A stretch of DNA of 64,000 nt from Candidatus Calescibacterium sp. (GCA_032249135.1 JAVVGL010000001.1:34256-98255); one strand, 5' to 3'. Counted from the first letter of the stretch, positions 48,008 through 56,348 are shown. The notes: a model not told the origin generated them from the sequence alone. A program made the numbers and translations.

Positions 48008-49741
48008 ATGAGAAAAAAGATAGGAGAAATTTTATTAGAATTCGGAGTTAGCGAAGAAAAAATTCAAGAAGCATTAAAAATACAGAAAGAAAAAGGCGGA
48101 AAAATAGGAGAGATTCTTGTAAAGATGGGAGCAATTGATGAGGAAAAATTATATAAAGCTTTGGCTTTACAATTCGGAACACAATTCATTCCAAAAATAG
48201 AAAAAGAATATGTATATGAGGATATGGCAAAAGATATTCCGCCTCACTATGCCAAATCAAAAAAGTTCATCATACTCAAACCTCAAATAAACCTAAAAAC
48301 CGATGGTAAATGGAATTCAGATAACGGTCAATTTGACTTTATTCCATGTGTTATGGCAAATGTGCAAGATATGGAACTTATCTCAGAGTTGCAAAGAAAA
48401 TTTAAAAGACCAATAAAGGTTATGGTAGCAAAAGAGAGTGAAATAGAGAACCTGATAAATGAAATATATGGAGAAAGAACTACAATAGAAGTTTCAAAAG
48501 AAGTTGAAAGAGCGGAGGAAATTTTTGCATCAGAAATAGAAGAAACCACAAAAGATATTCTTGAAGAAAAAGGTGAAGCACCAATAATAAGGTTCGTAAA
48601 TGCTCTGTTTTTCCAAGCAGTAAAAGAAAGAGCATCAGATATACACATAGAACCTGCTGAAAAAGAAACAGTAATAAGAATGAGAATAGATGGAGTCCTC
48701 CACGAAATAATAAGAATAAATAAATCTCTTCACGAACCAATAGTATCAAGAATAAAAGTTATGTCAAGACTTGACATAGCAGAAAAGAGAATACCACAAG
48801 ATGGGAAAATAAAACTCAAAGTCGCAGGAAAAGACATAGATGTAAGAGTATCAACTTTGCCAACAATTTTCGGAGAAAGGGTTTCTTTGAGAATTCTTGA
48901 TAGGACAGCAACTATTTTAAAAATAGAGGAGCTCGGAATGGAAGATGATATGATTGAAAAAATGAAACAACTCATAAAGAAAACTTATGGTATGATTCTT
49001 ATAACAGGTCCGACAGGTTCAGGAAAAACCACAACTTTATACGCTTGTCTTTCAGAAATAAATTCCCCGGGAATAAACATAATAACTATTGAGGATCCAA
49101 TAGAGTATCAACTGAAAGGAATAAATCAAATTCAAGTTAATCCAAAAGTTGGATTGACTTTTGCAACAGGGTTAAGGTCTATTTTAAGACAGGACCCAGA
49201 TGTGATAATGGTAGGAGAAATAAGAGACGGTGAAACAGCATCAATAGCAATACATGCAGCACTGACAGGGCACCTTGTTTTATCAACACTCCACACGAAC
49301 GATGCCCCAAGTGCAATAACCCGTCTTATAGATATGGGAATAGAACCTTATCTTATCTCATCAGCAGTATTTGCTACACTCGCTCAAAGATTAGTAAGGA
49401 AAATATGTCAAAAATGCAAAGTTCCTTATGAGCCTGACCAAAAAGAGCTTGATCTTGTAGGACTTACACGAGATCAAATACCAGATGGAATACTTTATAA
49501 AGGTCGAGGATGCAAGGAATGTTTCGGAACAGGATTTAAGGGAAGAATAGGAATCTTTGAATTATTTCTTATAGATGATGATATAAGAGAACTTATAAAC
49601 TCAAAAGCAGATTCAATGAAACTAAAAATTGTAGGTATATCAAAAGGCATGAGAACTTTGAGAGAAGACGGAATATTAAAAGTAATAAAAGGCATTACAA
49701 CAATTCAAGAACTTGCAAGAGTAATTCAGGAAAGTGTGTAG
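48008..49741 (+). CDS. GspE/PilB family type II secretion / type IV pilus assembly ATPase
   Basis: N-terminal GspE_N/MshEN-like domain (IGEILLEFGVSEEKIQEAL...), Walker A GPTGSGKTTT, IMVGEIRD, TGHLVLSTLHTNDA, and a tetra-Cys CQKC...CKEC. Start moved from TTG 47963 to ATG 48008. Confidence 0.92.
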   Translation: MRKKIGEILLEFGVSEEKIQEALKIQKEKGGKIGEILVKMGAIDEEKLYKALALQFGTQFIPKIEKEYVYEDMAKDIPPHYAKSKKFIILKPQINLKTDGKWNSDNGQFDFIPCVMANVQDMELISELQRKFKRPIKVMVAKESEIENLINEIYGERTTIEVSKEVERAEEIFASEIEETTKDILEEKGEAPIIRFVNALFFQAVKERASDIHIEPAEKETVIRMRIDGVLHEIIRINKSLHEPIVSRIKVMSRLDIAEKRIPQDGKIKLKVAGKDIDVRVSTLPTIFGERVSLRILDRTATILKIEELGMEDDMIEKMKQLIKKTYGMILITGPTGSGKTTTLYACLSEINSPGINIITIEDPIEYQLKGINQIQVNPKVGLTFATGLRSILRQDPDVIMVGEIRDGETASIAIHAALTGHLVLSTLHTNDAPSAITRLIDMGIEPYLISSAVFATLAQRLVRKICQKCKVPYEPDQKELDLVGLTRDQIPDGILYKGRGCKECFGTGFKGRIGIFELFLIDDDIRELINSKADSMKLKIVGISKGMRTLREDGILKVIKGITTIQELARVIQESV

Positions 49742-49748
49742 TTCAATC

Positions 49749-50375
49749 TTATTCCTTTTTGAAAAGCCCATATATAAACCACTCTAAATCTTTGCCTCTT
49801 TCCAAAACTTCAATAGGTTTGAGAAAATCAAATTCTTGTTTCAAATTTTCCTCTGTAAAAAACCTATCATAGTGTTTTTTATGATATATAAAATGTCTTT
49901 TTCTTACCTCATGTATGTGGTGTTTGAATTTTGTGCTGAAAACACCTATCAAAAAATATCCACCCTTTTTCAGAACTCTCATCAACTCTCTTTTGTAAGT
50001 TCGCAACATCTTTTTCCTGACATGATGGAAAACTCCAAAGTCTAAAACAATATCAAAATTTTCAGATTTGAACGGCATGAAGAAAACATCAGCAACTGCA
50101 ATATATGTATTTTGAAAACCTGATATTCTTTGCTTCGTTGTCATAAGAGGAGTTCTGAGTATATCAAATCCAACAACTTTGGAATCAGGGAAAATTTTTT
50201 TGAGCAAAATCATGTGTCGCCCTTCACCGCAACCTATATCAAGACAAGCCAAACTTTTCCCATCAAATTCAGGTTTTATTTTTTTGAGAAAATCTTCAAA
50301 AACAGGTTCAGGAGTATCAGATGGCCACGGAGTTTTACCACTCTGATATGCTTTTTCATAAAATTCCTTGTCCAT
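49749..50375 (-). CDS. Class I SAM-dependent methyltransferase
   Basis: CLDIGCGEGRHMILL, VVGFDI, FDIVLDFGVFHHV and GGYFLIGVFS. Confidence 0.8.
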   Translation of the reverse strand: MDKEFYEKAYQSGKTPWPSDTPEPVFEDFLKKIKPEFDGKSLACLDIGCGEGRHMILLKKIFPDSKVVGFDILRTPLMTTKQRISGFQNTYIAVADVFFMPFKSENFDIVLDFGVFHHVRKKMLRTYKRELMRVLKKGGYFLIGVFSTKFKHHIHEVRKRHFIYHKKHYDRFFTEENLKQEFDFLKPIEVLERGKDLEWFIYGLFKKE

Positions 50376-50610
50376 ATATGAAAATTTAAAAAGATTTTTT
50401 CATCATAGTCTATTATCAAAGTTTCATCGTAATTCAAAATAAACGAGAAGATTTCCCGGGATTGCCCAACTAATAAAAACCTTTTAGAAAAAATAACCGA
50501 TATAAACAACCCAAACAAAAAAGTAAAATTAACTAATAAACCAGATGATTTATTGAAAAAGTAAAATTCAAAACAAAATTTTGAAATGGAGAAAAAAGAA
50601 GAAATCAAAA

Positions 50611-50659
50611 AGAAAAAAGAGAATATAAGCAGAAAAGAGAATATAAGCGCAGAAAAGAG
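50611..50659. repeat. About 18-20-bp tandem repeat (2.6 copies) immediately upstream of Rpn copy 2
   Basis: agaaaaaagagaatataagc / agaaaagagaatataagc / gcagaaaagag read directly. Confidence 0.75.
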
Positions 50660-51532
50660 TTGAAAAGATTTGACCTAATACTGAAAGAGATTATCTCAAG
50701 AGCTGCAAGCAAAATTATCTGGTTAGCGACGGGTAGAAAAGTAGAAGGCAAACTCAAAATGTTTCCAGCAGAAATAAGGTTAGCTAAATCCTTCTATACA
50801 GATATCTTGTTTGAGATAGGAGGCGAGATTTTTCAGATTGAAATCCAAGCTCAGCAGGATAAAACCATGCCAGAAAGAATGTTCAAGTATTACTATGCAA
50901 TAGTAGAAAAATACAAAAAAGAACCTACGCAAATTGTTTTATTCGTTGGAAGAGGGAAACCTCCACCGTCAGAGCTCAAAACTCCCAAACTAACTTTAAA
51001 ATATGAAGTTCTGGATATGAAGAGGATAGACCCAGATGTGTTTATAAGAAGCCGAAAGCCGTACGAGGTTGTCGTCGGAGTTTTATCTGGCAAATACAGA
51101 GAAAAACCAAGAGCATTCAGGAAAGTTATGAAAAGGATTTCGGAGATTGTCAAAAATGAAAAAGAACTTTTAAAATATATGGAAGATATAAGTTTTTTAG
51201 GTGGTTTATTCGATGTCAAAATAAAGGTAAAGCCTATGCCAATACAAATAGATATAAGAAAAACACTCTTTTACAAATGGGGAAGAGAAGAAGGATTAAG
51301 AGAAGGTGAAAGGAGAGGTCTTGCAAAAGGTTTCAAAGAAGGACTTATAAAAGGTCTAAAAAAAGCAATCTTTCTGGACATTAAGTTAAAGTTTGGTAGT
51401 CAGAAAGCAAAGCAAATCAAAAACCTTTTAGATAAAATAAACGACAAAAACCGTTTGGAGAAAATAAAAAAAGAAGTAATAAAAGCCGAAACTTGGGAGG
51501 ATTTTTCCAAAGTCTTAAAAAACCATAAATGA
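50660..51532 (+). CDS. Rpn family recombination-promoting nuclease / PD-(D/E)XK putative transposase with DUF4351-like C-terminus (copy 2)
   Basis: DILFEIGGEIFQIEIQAQQDKTMPERMFKY, PTQIVLFVGRG, WGREEGLREGERRGLAKG. 290 aa, collinear with copy 1. TTG start: the position homologous to copy 1's ATG reads AGA. Confidence 0.75.
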   Translation: MKRFDLILKEIISRAASKIIWLATGRKVEGKLKMFPAEIRLAKSFYTDILFEIGGEIFQIEIQAQQDKTMPERMFKYYYAIVEKYKKEPTQIVLFVGRGKPPPSELKTPKLTLKYEVLDMKRIDPDVFIRSRKPYEVVVGVLSGKYREKPRAFRKVMKRISEIVKNEKELLKYMEDISFLGGLFDVKIKVKPMPIQIDIRKTLFYKWGREEGLREGERRGLAKGFKEGLIKGLKKAIFLDIKLKFGSQKAKQIKNLLDKINDKNRLEKIKKEVIKAETWEDFSKVLKNHK

Positions 51533-51549
51533 AACAAAAGAAGACAATT

Positions 51550-52764
51550 TCAAGCTTCTTTTCGTAAGATGTCAAATGGTTCTTTTCTTATCGCATAAGA
51601 TACGGGAAACCAACTTGATATCAACGAAGAAAAGAAAGCAACAGACCAACTCAAAAGAATATCAAAAAAATTTAATTCCGAAGGCAAATGCGATATAAAA
51701 TATACATCCTCCGGCAGATGAATGATTTTATACCTTGATATAACGAAAGATATTAGCAATCCCAAAGATGTCCCCAATAAAATCCCTATTATTCCTATCA
51801 TAACACCAACTCCCAAGAAAATCAACCTTATCTGATGAGAAGAGAAACCGAAAACCTTCAGAACTGCAATATCTTTTGATTTATCTCTTACAAGAATAGT
51901 CAAGGTTGAGAGTATGTTGAATGAAGCAACAACAACTATTAGTCCTAAAACCAAGGTCATTCCTATCTTTTCAAGACGCAAAGCAGCAAAGAGGTTTTTT
52001 TGAGTTCTCGTCCAAGGTAAAGCTACGAACTCTGGGAAAGTATATTCTATAATGTCGGATACAAAGTCTGCTTTATCAGGATCATCTAACATAACAGCAA
52101 CTGATGATACCCAACTTCCCGTATCAAAAAGTTCCTGGCACTGAGAAATATCTAAAAAAACAAAAACAGAATCCCAGTCAAAGATACCAACTTCAACTAT
52201 ACCAGATATTTCAACTTCTGTGGTGTTTGGAACAAAGCCGAAAATTGTTGCATCTCCATAAGGTGATACAATAAGTATTTTATCTCCAACATCTAATCTT
52301 AAATTTTTTGCAAGCTGATGACCGACATTGACTTTGTCATCTGAGAAAACTTCGCCATATTTTAGAAACTTTCTGAAAAAAAGAGTATCTTTTACATATT
52401 TTGCAGGAATGCATTGCAAAACAACAGAAGTCGTAATTTCATCTTTTTTCAGTATTGCGTTTCCAACGATGAGAGGGAAAACAACTCTTACTCCTTCAAT
52501 TTCCTTTAACTTGTCAACAAATTTTTCCCAATCTTCAATAACACCTCCATATTTTGTTATGAGTATGTGAGGAGTTATTCCGAGAATTTTTTCTTTCAGT
52601 TGCTTTCTCAAGCCCGTCATCACCGAGAGAACAACGATTAAAGTAGCGACTCCAACTCCAACGCCTACAATTGAAAGAGAACTCATCAATTTAAGAAAAG
52701 GAGATCTACCCCTGAAATATCTTAAAGCTAAAAATACAATATTTTTATTGAGTAAGTATTTCAC
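51550..52764 (-). CDS. LolC/LolE family lipoprotein-releasing system permease (FtsX/MacB-type)
   Basis: FLALRYFRGRS N-terminus, a large periplasmic loop between TM1 and TM2, and a C-terminal FtsX-type 3-TM bundle (DIAVLKVFGFS). Confidence 0.82.
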   Translation of the reverse strand: MKYLLNKNIVFLALRYFRGRSPFLKLMSSLSIVGVGVGVATLIVVLSVMTGLRKQLKEKILGITPHILITKYGGVIEDWEKFVDKLKEIEGVRVVFPLIVGNAILKKDEITTSVVLQCIPAKYVKDTLFFRKFLKYGEVFSDDKVNVGHQLAKNLRLDVGDKILIVSPYGDATIFGFVPNTTEVEISGIVEVGIFDWDSVFVFLDISQCQELFDTGSWVSSVAVMLDDPDKADFVSDIIEYTFPEFVALPWTRTQKNLFAALRLEKIGMTLVLGLIVVVASFNILSTLTILVRDKSKDIAVLKVFGFSSHQIRLIFLGVGVMIGIIGILLGTSLGLLISFVISRYKIIHLPEDVYFISHLPSELNFFDILLSWSVAFFSSLISSWFPVSYAIRKEPFDILRKEA

Positions 52765-53491
52765 TTTCTTCTTCTCCCACCCTCACTGTATGTTCAAAAT
52801 GCGCGGCAATTGAACCATCTTCTGAGACAACTGTCCAACCATCTTTAAGAACTTTTACTTTTCCACTTCCAGCACAAACCATAGGTTCAATACAGATAGT
52901 CATATTTTTCACAAGAACTATTCCTTGTCCCGGTTTTCCATAATTTAATATTGGAGGATCTTCGTGGAGTTTTCTACCTATACCGTGTCCGCAATATTCT
53001 TTAACCACAGAGAAACCATATTTTTTAACATAGCTTTCTATTATATTTCCAATATCGCCAGTTTTCACCCCATGCTTTAAAAATTTTATTGCTTCAAGCA
53101 GAGCTTTTTCCGTGACCTCAACAAGAAGCTTTGTTCTCTCATCAACATCCCCTATGATGAAAGTTTTAGCAGCGTCAGCGTGAAACCCACCGTACATTAC
53201 TCCGTAGTCTATTGATACAACATCACCTTCTTTCAATATTTTTTCTTTATATGGTATTCCGTGAATAACCTCGTTATTTATTGAGACACAAGATGAAGCA
53301 GGATATCCCATGTATCCGTAAAAAGACGGATGTCCTCCTCTTTTTTTTGCGATCTCCCACGCTAAATCATCAATTTGCTTTGCTGATACTCCGGGTTTCA
53401 TCAATTTTTCAACTTTTTCGAAAAACTCCGCAACTATTTTACCAGCTTTCCTTATATTTTTTATTTCTTCCTCTGTTTTAGGGAGTATCAT
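52745..53491 (-). CDS. map: Type I methionine aminopeptidase
   Basis: EEEIKNIRKAGKIVAE, VIHGIP, VSIDYGVMYGGFHADAAKTF, YCGHGIGRKLHEDP, ICIEPM and FEHTV metal ligands. Confidence 0.95.
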   Translation of the reverse strand: MILPKTEEEIKNIRKAGKIVAEFFEKVEKLMKPGVSAKQIDDLAWEIAKKRGGHPSFYGYMGYPASSCVSINNEVIHGIPYKEKILKEGDVVSIDYGVMYGGFHADAAKTFIIGDVDERTKLLVEVTEKALLEAIKFLKHGVKTGDIGNIIESYVKKYGFSVVKEYCGHGIGRKLHEDPPILNYGKPGQGIVLVKNMTICIEPMVCAGSGKVKVLKDGWTVVSEDGSIAAHFEHTVRVGEEESEILTQ

Positions 53492-53502
53492 ATATTATCC
53501 TT

Positions 53503-54312
53503 TTAATTATTAAATTTTATGACGATCTCAACTGATTTTTTCTTATATTTTACATCGCATGAAGCATTTGGGAAAAATTCGTTTATTTTAGATAGTATTA
53601 TATCTAATTTTTCTTTATCAACAATTTGCGAAATTGTATCATCTCCATTTTTTGATTTTCTTTGAGATTTTAGTTCTCTTACTCTCTTTTCTACTTCTCT
53701 GACATTAAGTTTTTTCTGAACTATTTCATCAGCAATATCTTCTATGATTTTTTCATCCTCTATTGAACACAAGACTTTTGCATGCCCCAAAGAAATTTTA
53801 CCTTCATCTACTAACTTTTTAACACTGTCAGGAAGTCTCAAAATTCTCAGCACATTCGTTACATATGTTCTTGATTTTCCTATTTTTTTACCTATATCAT
53901 CGTGAGTGTATCCCATTTTTGATAGCTTATCAAAAGCAAGAGCTAACTCCACAGGTGTTAAGTCTTCTCGTTGAATATTTTCAATAAGAGCTATCTCAAA
54001 TGCCTCGTCATCTGAAACATCTTTTATAATTGCAGGAACTTTTGTAAGACCAGCAATTTTGCTCGCCCTGAGTCTTCTTTCCCCACATATAAGTTCGTAA
54101 TATCCATCTTTACCTACTCTAACAATAAGCGGTTCTATTATACCTTTTGATTTTATGCTCTCTGCAAGTTCCATCAAACTTTTTTCATCAAAATTTTTTC
54201 TCGGCTGGAATATTGAACTCTTTATTCTTTCTATATCTATCATAACAACCTCGTCTTTTCTTACAGAAGTCAAAAGAGCTCCCAAACCTTTTCCTAACTT
54301 CCTCTCCATCAA
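53503..54312 (-). CDS. parB: ParB/Spo0J family chromosome partitioning protein
   Basis: LGKGLGALL, IFQPRKNFDE, IEPLIVR, ICGERRLRA, and the HTH region YTHDDIGKKIGKSRTYVTNVLRILRLP. Confidence 0.9.
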   Translation of the reverse strand: MMERKLGKGLGALLTSVRKDEVVMIDIERIKSSIFQPRKNFDEKSLMELAESIKSKGIIEPLIVRVGKDGYYELICGERRLRASKIAGLTKVPAIIKDVSDDEAFEIALIENIQREDLTPVELALAFDKLSKMGYTHDDIGKKIGKSRTYVTNVLRILRLPDSVKKLVDEGKISLGHAKVLCSIEDEKIIEDIADEIVQKKLNVREVEKRVRELKSQRKSKNGDDTISQIVDKEKLDIILSKINEFFPNASCDVKYKKKSVEIVIKFNN

Positions 54313-54445
54313 TATAGAACTTATTTTATCATTCGTTTCTAAACAAATTCAAACTCCAAAAGAAAATATAAAAAAACATGAAGTAAAAAGAAAAGAAAAT
54401 ATTAAATATAAAAAATTAAAGCGGGGACTAAAAATAATTAGTGTT

Positions 54446-55228
54446 ATGGAAAAGGGACTTGGACCTTGGAGAGTTGTGGCATCTCAGATATGGGACCACC
54501 CACACGATCCCACAATATATGGTTTCATAGACATAGATACAACTGACATACAAGAATACATAAAAGAAGAAAGAGAAAGAACAGGGGAAAAAATAACTAT
54601 CACCCATGTAATAGGAAAAGCAATCGCAGATACTCTGGGAGAGCTTCCACATCTTAACCTTATAATGAAAAGAGGGAAACTAAAACAAAGAGAATCAGTA
54701 GATATATTCTTTCAAGTTGAATTCGGGGAAGGTCAGCTTGGTGGGGTTAAGATAAAGAATGTAGATAAAAAGAGTCTTGCAGAGATAGCAAAAGAACTCA
54801 GAGAAAAAGCACAAGAATTCAAAGAAGGCAGAGAGAAAAAAATGACAAAACTTATAGAAACATTCAGCAAACTTCCACCATTTATCTTAAAGTATATGTT
54901 GAGAATTTCAAGATTTTTATCATATGAACTTGGAATAAGTATAGGTGGGCTTGAACAGGATCCATTCGGTTCAGCTATGGTAACAAATGTCGGAATTTTC
55001 GGACTTGAAATAGGATTCGCCCCATTATTCCCACTTTCCAAAACTCCAATAGTAGCTACATTAGGAAAAATAAGATTAAAACCAGTTATTGTAGGTGAGA
55101 AAATAGAACCTCGCCCTGTTATCTCAATAGGAGTCGCAATAGATCATAGATATTACGATGGATATCACATAGGAATACTTGCGCGAAAGTTCATGGAGAA
55201 AATAGATGGGTATTCTAAAACAAAGTAA
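54446..55228 (+). CDS. Stand-alone 2-oxoacid dehydrogenase acyltransferase (E2) catalytic-domain protein
   Basis: ITITHVIGKAIADTL, GSAMVTNVGIFG, and AIDHRYYDGYHIGILARKF (DHRxxDG catalytic motif). No lipoyl or E3-binding domain. The listed start 54155 overlaps parB antisense; ATG 54446 is preferred. Confidence 0.72.
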   Translation: MEKGLGPWRVVASQIWDHPHDPTIYGFIDIDTTDIQEYIKEERERTGEKITITHVIGKAIADTLGELPHLNLIMKRGKLKQRESVDIFFQVEFGEGQLGGVKIKNVDKKSLAEIAKELREKAQEFKEGREKKMTKLIETFSKLPPFILKYMLRISRFLSYELGISIGGLEQDPFGSAMVTNVGIFGLEIGFAPLFPLSKTPIVATLGKIRLKPVIVGEKIEPRPVISIGVAIDHRYYDGYHIGILARKFMEKIDGYSKTK

Positions 55229-55245
55229 AAAAATATTTTATTTAT

Positions 55246-55530
55246 TTACCTTCTTCCTCGTGGAATTCCCTTTCCTCCCCTCATTTGAGGCTTAACTTGT
55301 TTTGGTCTTGGAGATGAAGGCGGAGCCAACCTTTCCACTTCCACTGCCTTCAAACCTTTTGGGTCCTCCTTCAACGAGAACTCTACTTCTTCTCCTTGAA
55401 CCAATGTTTTGAACCCTTGTGTTTTTATTTCCGACCAATGAACGAATACATCACCTTGTCCGTCTTCCCTTGTTATAAAACCGTATCCTTTTTTTGAATC
55501 AAACCACTTTACCTTTCCTTTTAACCTCAT
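55246..55530 (-). CDS. csp: Cold-shock domain protein with Pro/Arg/Gly-rich C-terminal tail
   Basis: KGKVKWFDSKKGYGFITREDGQGDVFVHWSEI (RNP1/RNP2 motifs), then a 25-aa tail PPSSPRPKQVKPQMRGGKGIPRGRR. Confidence 0.9.
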   Translation of the reverse strand: MRLKGKVKWFDSKKGYGFITREDGQGDVFVHWSEIKTQGFKTLVQGEEVEFSLKEDPKGLKAVEVERLAPPSSPRPKQVKPQMRGGKGIPRGRR

Positions 55531-55715
55531 TTATGTTTCAACCTCCACAGATACTAATTCAAACGACCTAATCCGCCAGAGAAGGATAAACCTCCCTGCG
55601 GATGGTCAAAAATATGGGTGTCCTTACAAAGCCATTTCTCCCACCCAAAAAGAGAAATGACCTTTTTTATTTTGCTTACTCTTTTATTTTAAACACATTT
55701 TCCTTAAAAATCCAA
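55531..55715 (-). promoter_or_regulatory. Candidate csp promoter and long structured 5' leader
   Basis: Minus-strand TTGGAT (55715..55710), 18 nt, TAAAAT (55691..55686). Downstream is an 8-bp hairpin (55633..55640 / 55652..55659), a second hairpin (55571..55576 / 55598..55603) and competing pairings. SD GGAGG lies 9 nt before the ATG. Confidence 0.35.
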
Positions 55716-55833
55716 TTTCCCTTTAATTTCTTCCTATTTGCCCAATAATTCATAAACACCAAAAACCAGAAAAATTTGAAAAAAAAAGAGGTAGTATTAA
55801 TTTTAAACATATAAACAAAGGAGGTTATAGGAT

Positions 55834-56310
55834 ATGGAAGAAAAAAAGGAAAAAACATCGTCAGAAGCAAAGAAAAAAGCGAAATCCTCAGGAAAGAAAG
55901 AAAGAAAAAAAGAAGGGGAAAGATATGAGGAGATGAAAAAAGAAGAAGAGAAAAAAGAAGAGATTAAGGTTCAAGAGGAGCCCCGAGAAGCCGTCCAACA
56001 GGAGTTTGCTCAGCAAGAATCAGAATATGGAAAAAATCTTCTGTCTTCCATAATACAAAAAGCGAAGGAGATGGACATAATACAAAAAGCAAAAGATAGA
56101 ATAAACTCACAGATACAAATAGCTAAAAACATGTATTCTCTTTTTCAAGGTATGAAACAAGCGTACGGAGGAGATACGAAAAAAGTACTTCAAGTTGCAT
56201 TTAGCTTTGCAAAAGAAGAGATAAAAAGAAGAGCAAAGGAAAAAGTGAGTGAGCTGAAAGGAAAAGCAAATGAATTCAGAGAGAAAGCAAAAAAAATTGT
56301 GAAAATATAG
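55834..56310 (+). CDS. Lys/Glu-rich hypothetical protein
   Basis: ORF with a strong SD (aaggagg). The N-terminal third is K/E low complexity and the C-terminal half is predicted helical. No family recognised. Confidence 0.5.
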   Translation: MEEKKEKTSSEAKKKAKSSGKKERKKEGERYEEMKKEEEKKEEIKVQEEPREAVQQEFAQQESEYGKNLLSSIIQKAKEMDIIQKAKDRINSQIQIAKNMYSLFQGMKQAYGGDTKKVLQVAFSFAKEEIKRRAKEKVSELKGKANEFREKAKKIVKI

Positions 56311-56348
56311 AAATTAAAAGAAAAAAGATAATTAAGTTAGAGAAAACT

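Noticed and set aside
54155-54445. Upstream extension of the E2-like ORF
   Set aside because: It runs antisense through the parB 5' region and then through K-rich low-complexity sequence. The homology begins at ATG 54446.
53503-54445. parS site near parB
   Set aside because: I looked for TGTTTCACGTGAAACA-like palindromes. Only a weak half-site-like gtttctaaac was seen at about 54346, which is not convincing.
55571-55672. Plus-strand reading as a PyrR-type attenuator or SAM riboswitch for the downstream ORF / metK
   Set aside because: CCAGAGAAGG (55576..55585) is one insertion away from the PyrR-loop core CCAGAGAGG as I remember it, and a terminator-like hairpin follows. However, the downstream genes are not pyrimidine genes. 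A plus-strand promoter would have to sit inside csp. A candidate promoter for the K/E-rich ORF lies downstream of the terminator. I also see no S-box or other SAM-aptamer core. I kept it as a csp-leader hypothesis pending an Rfam scan.
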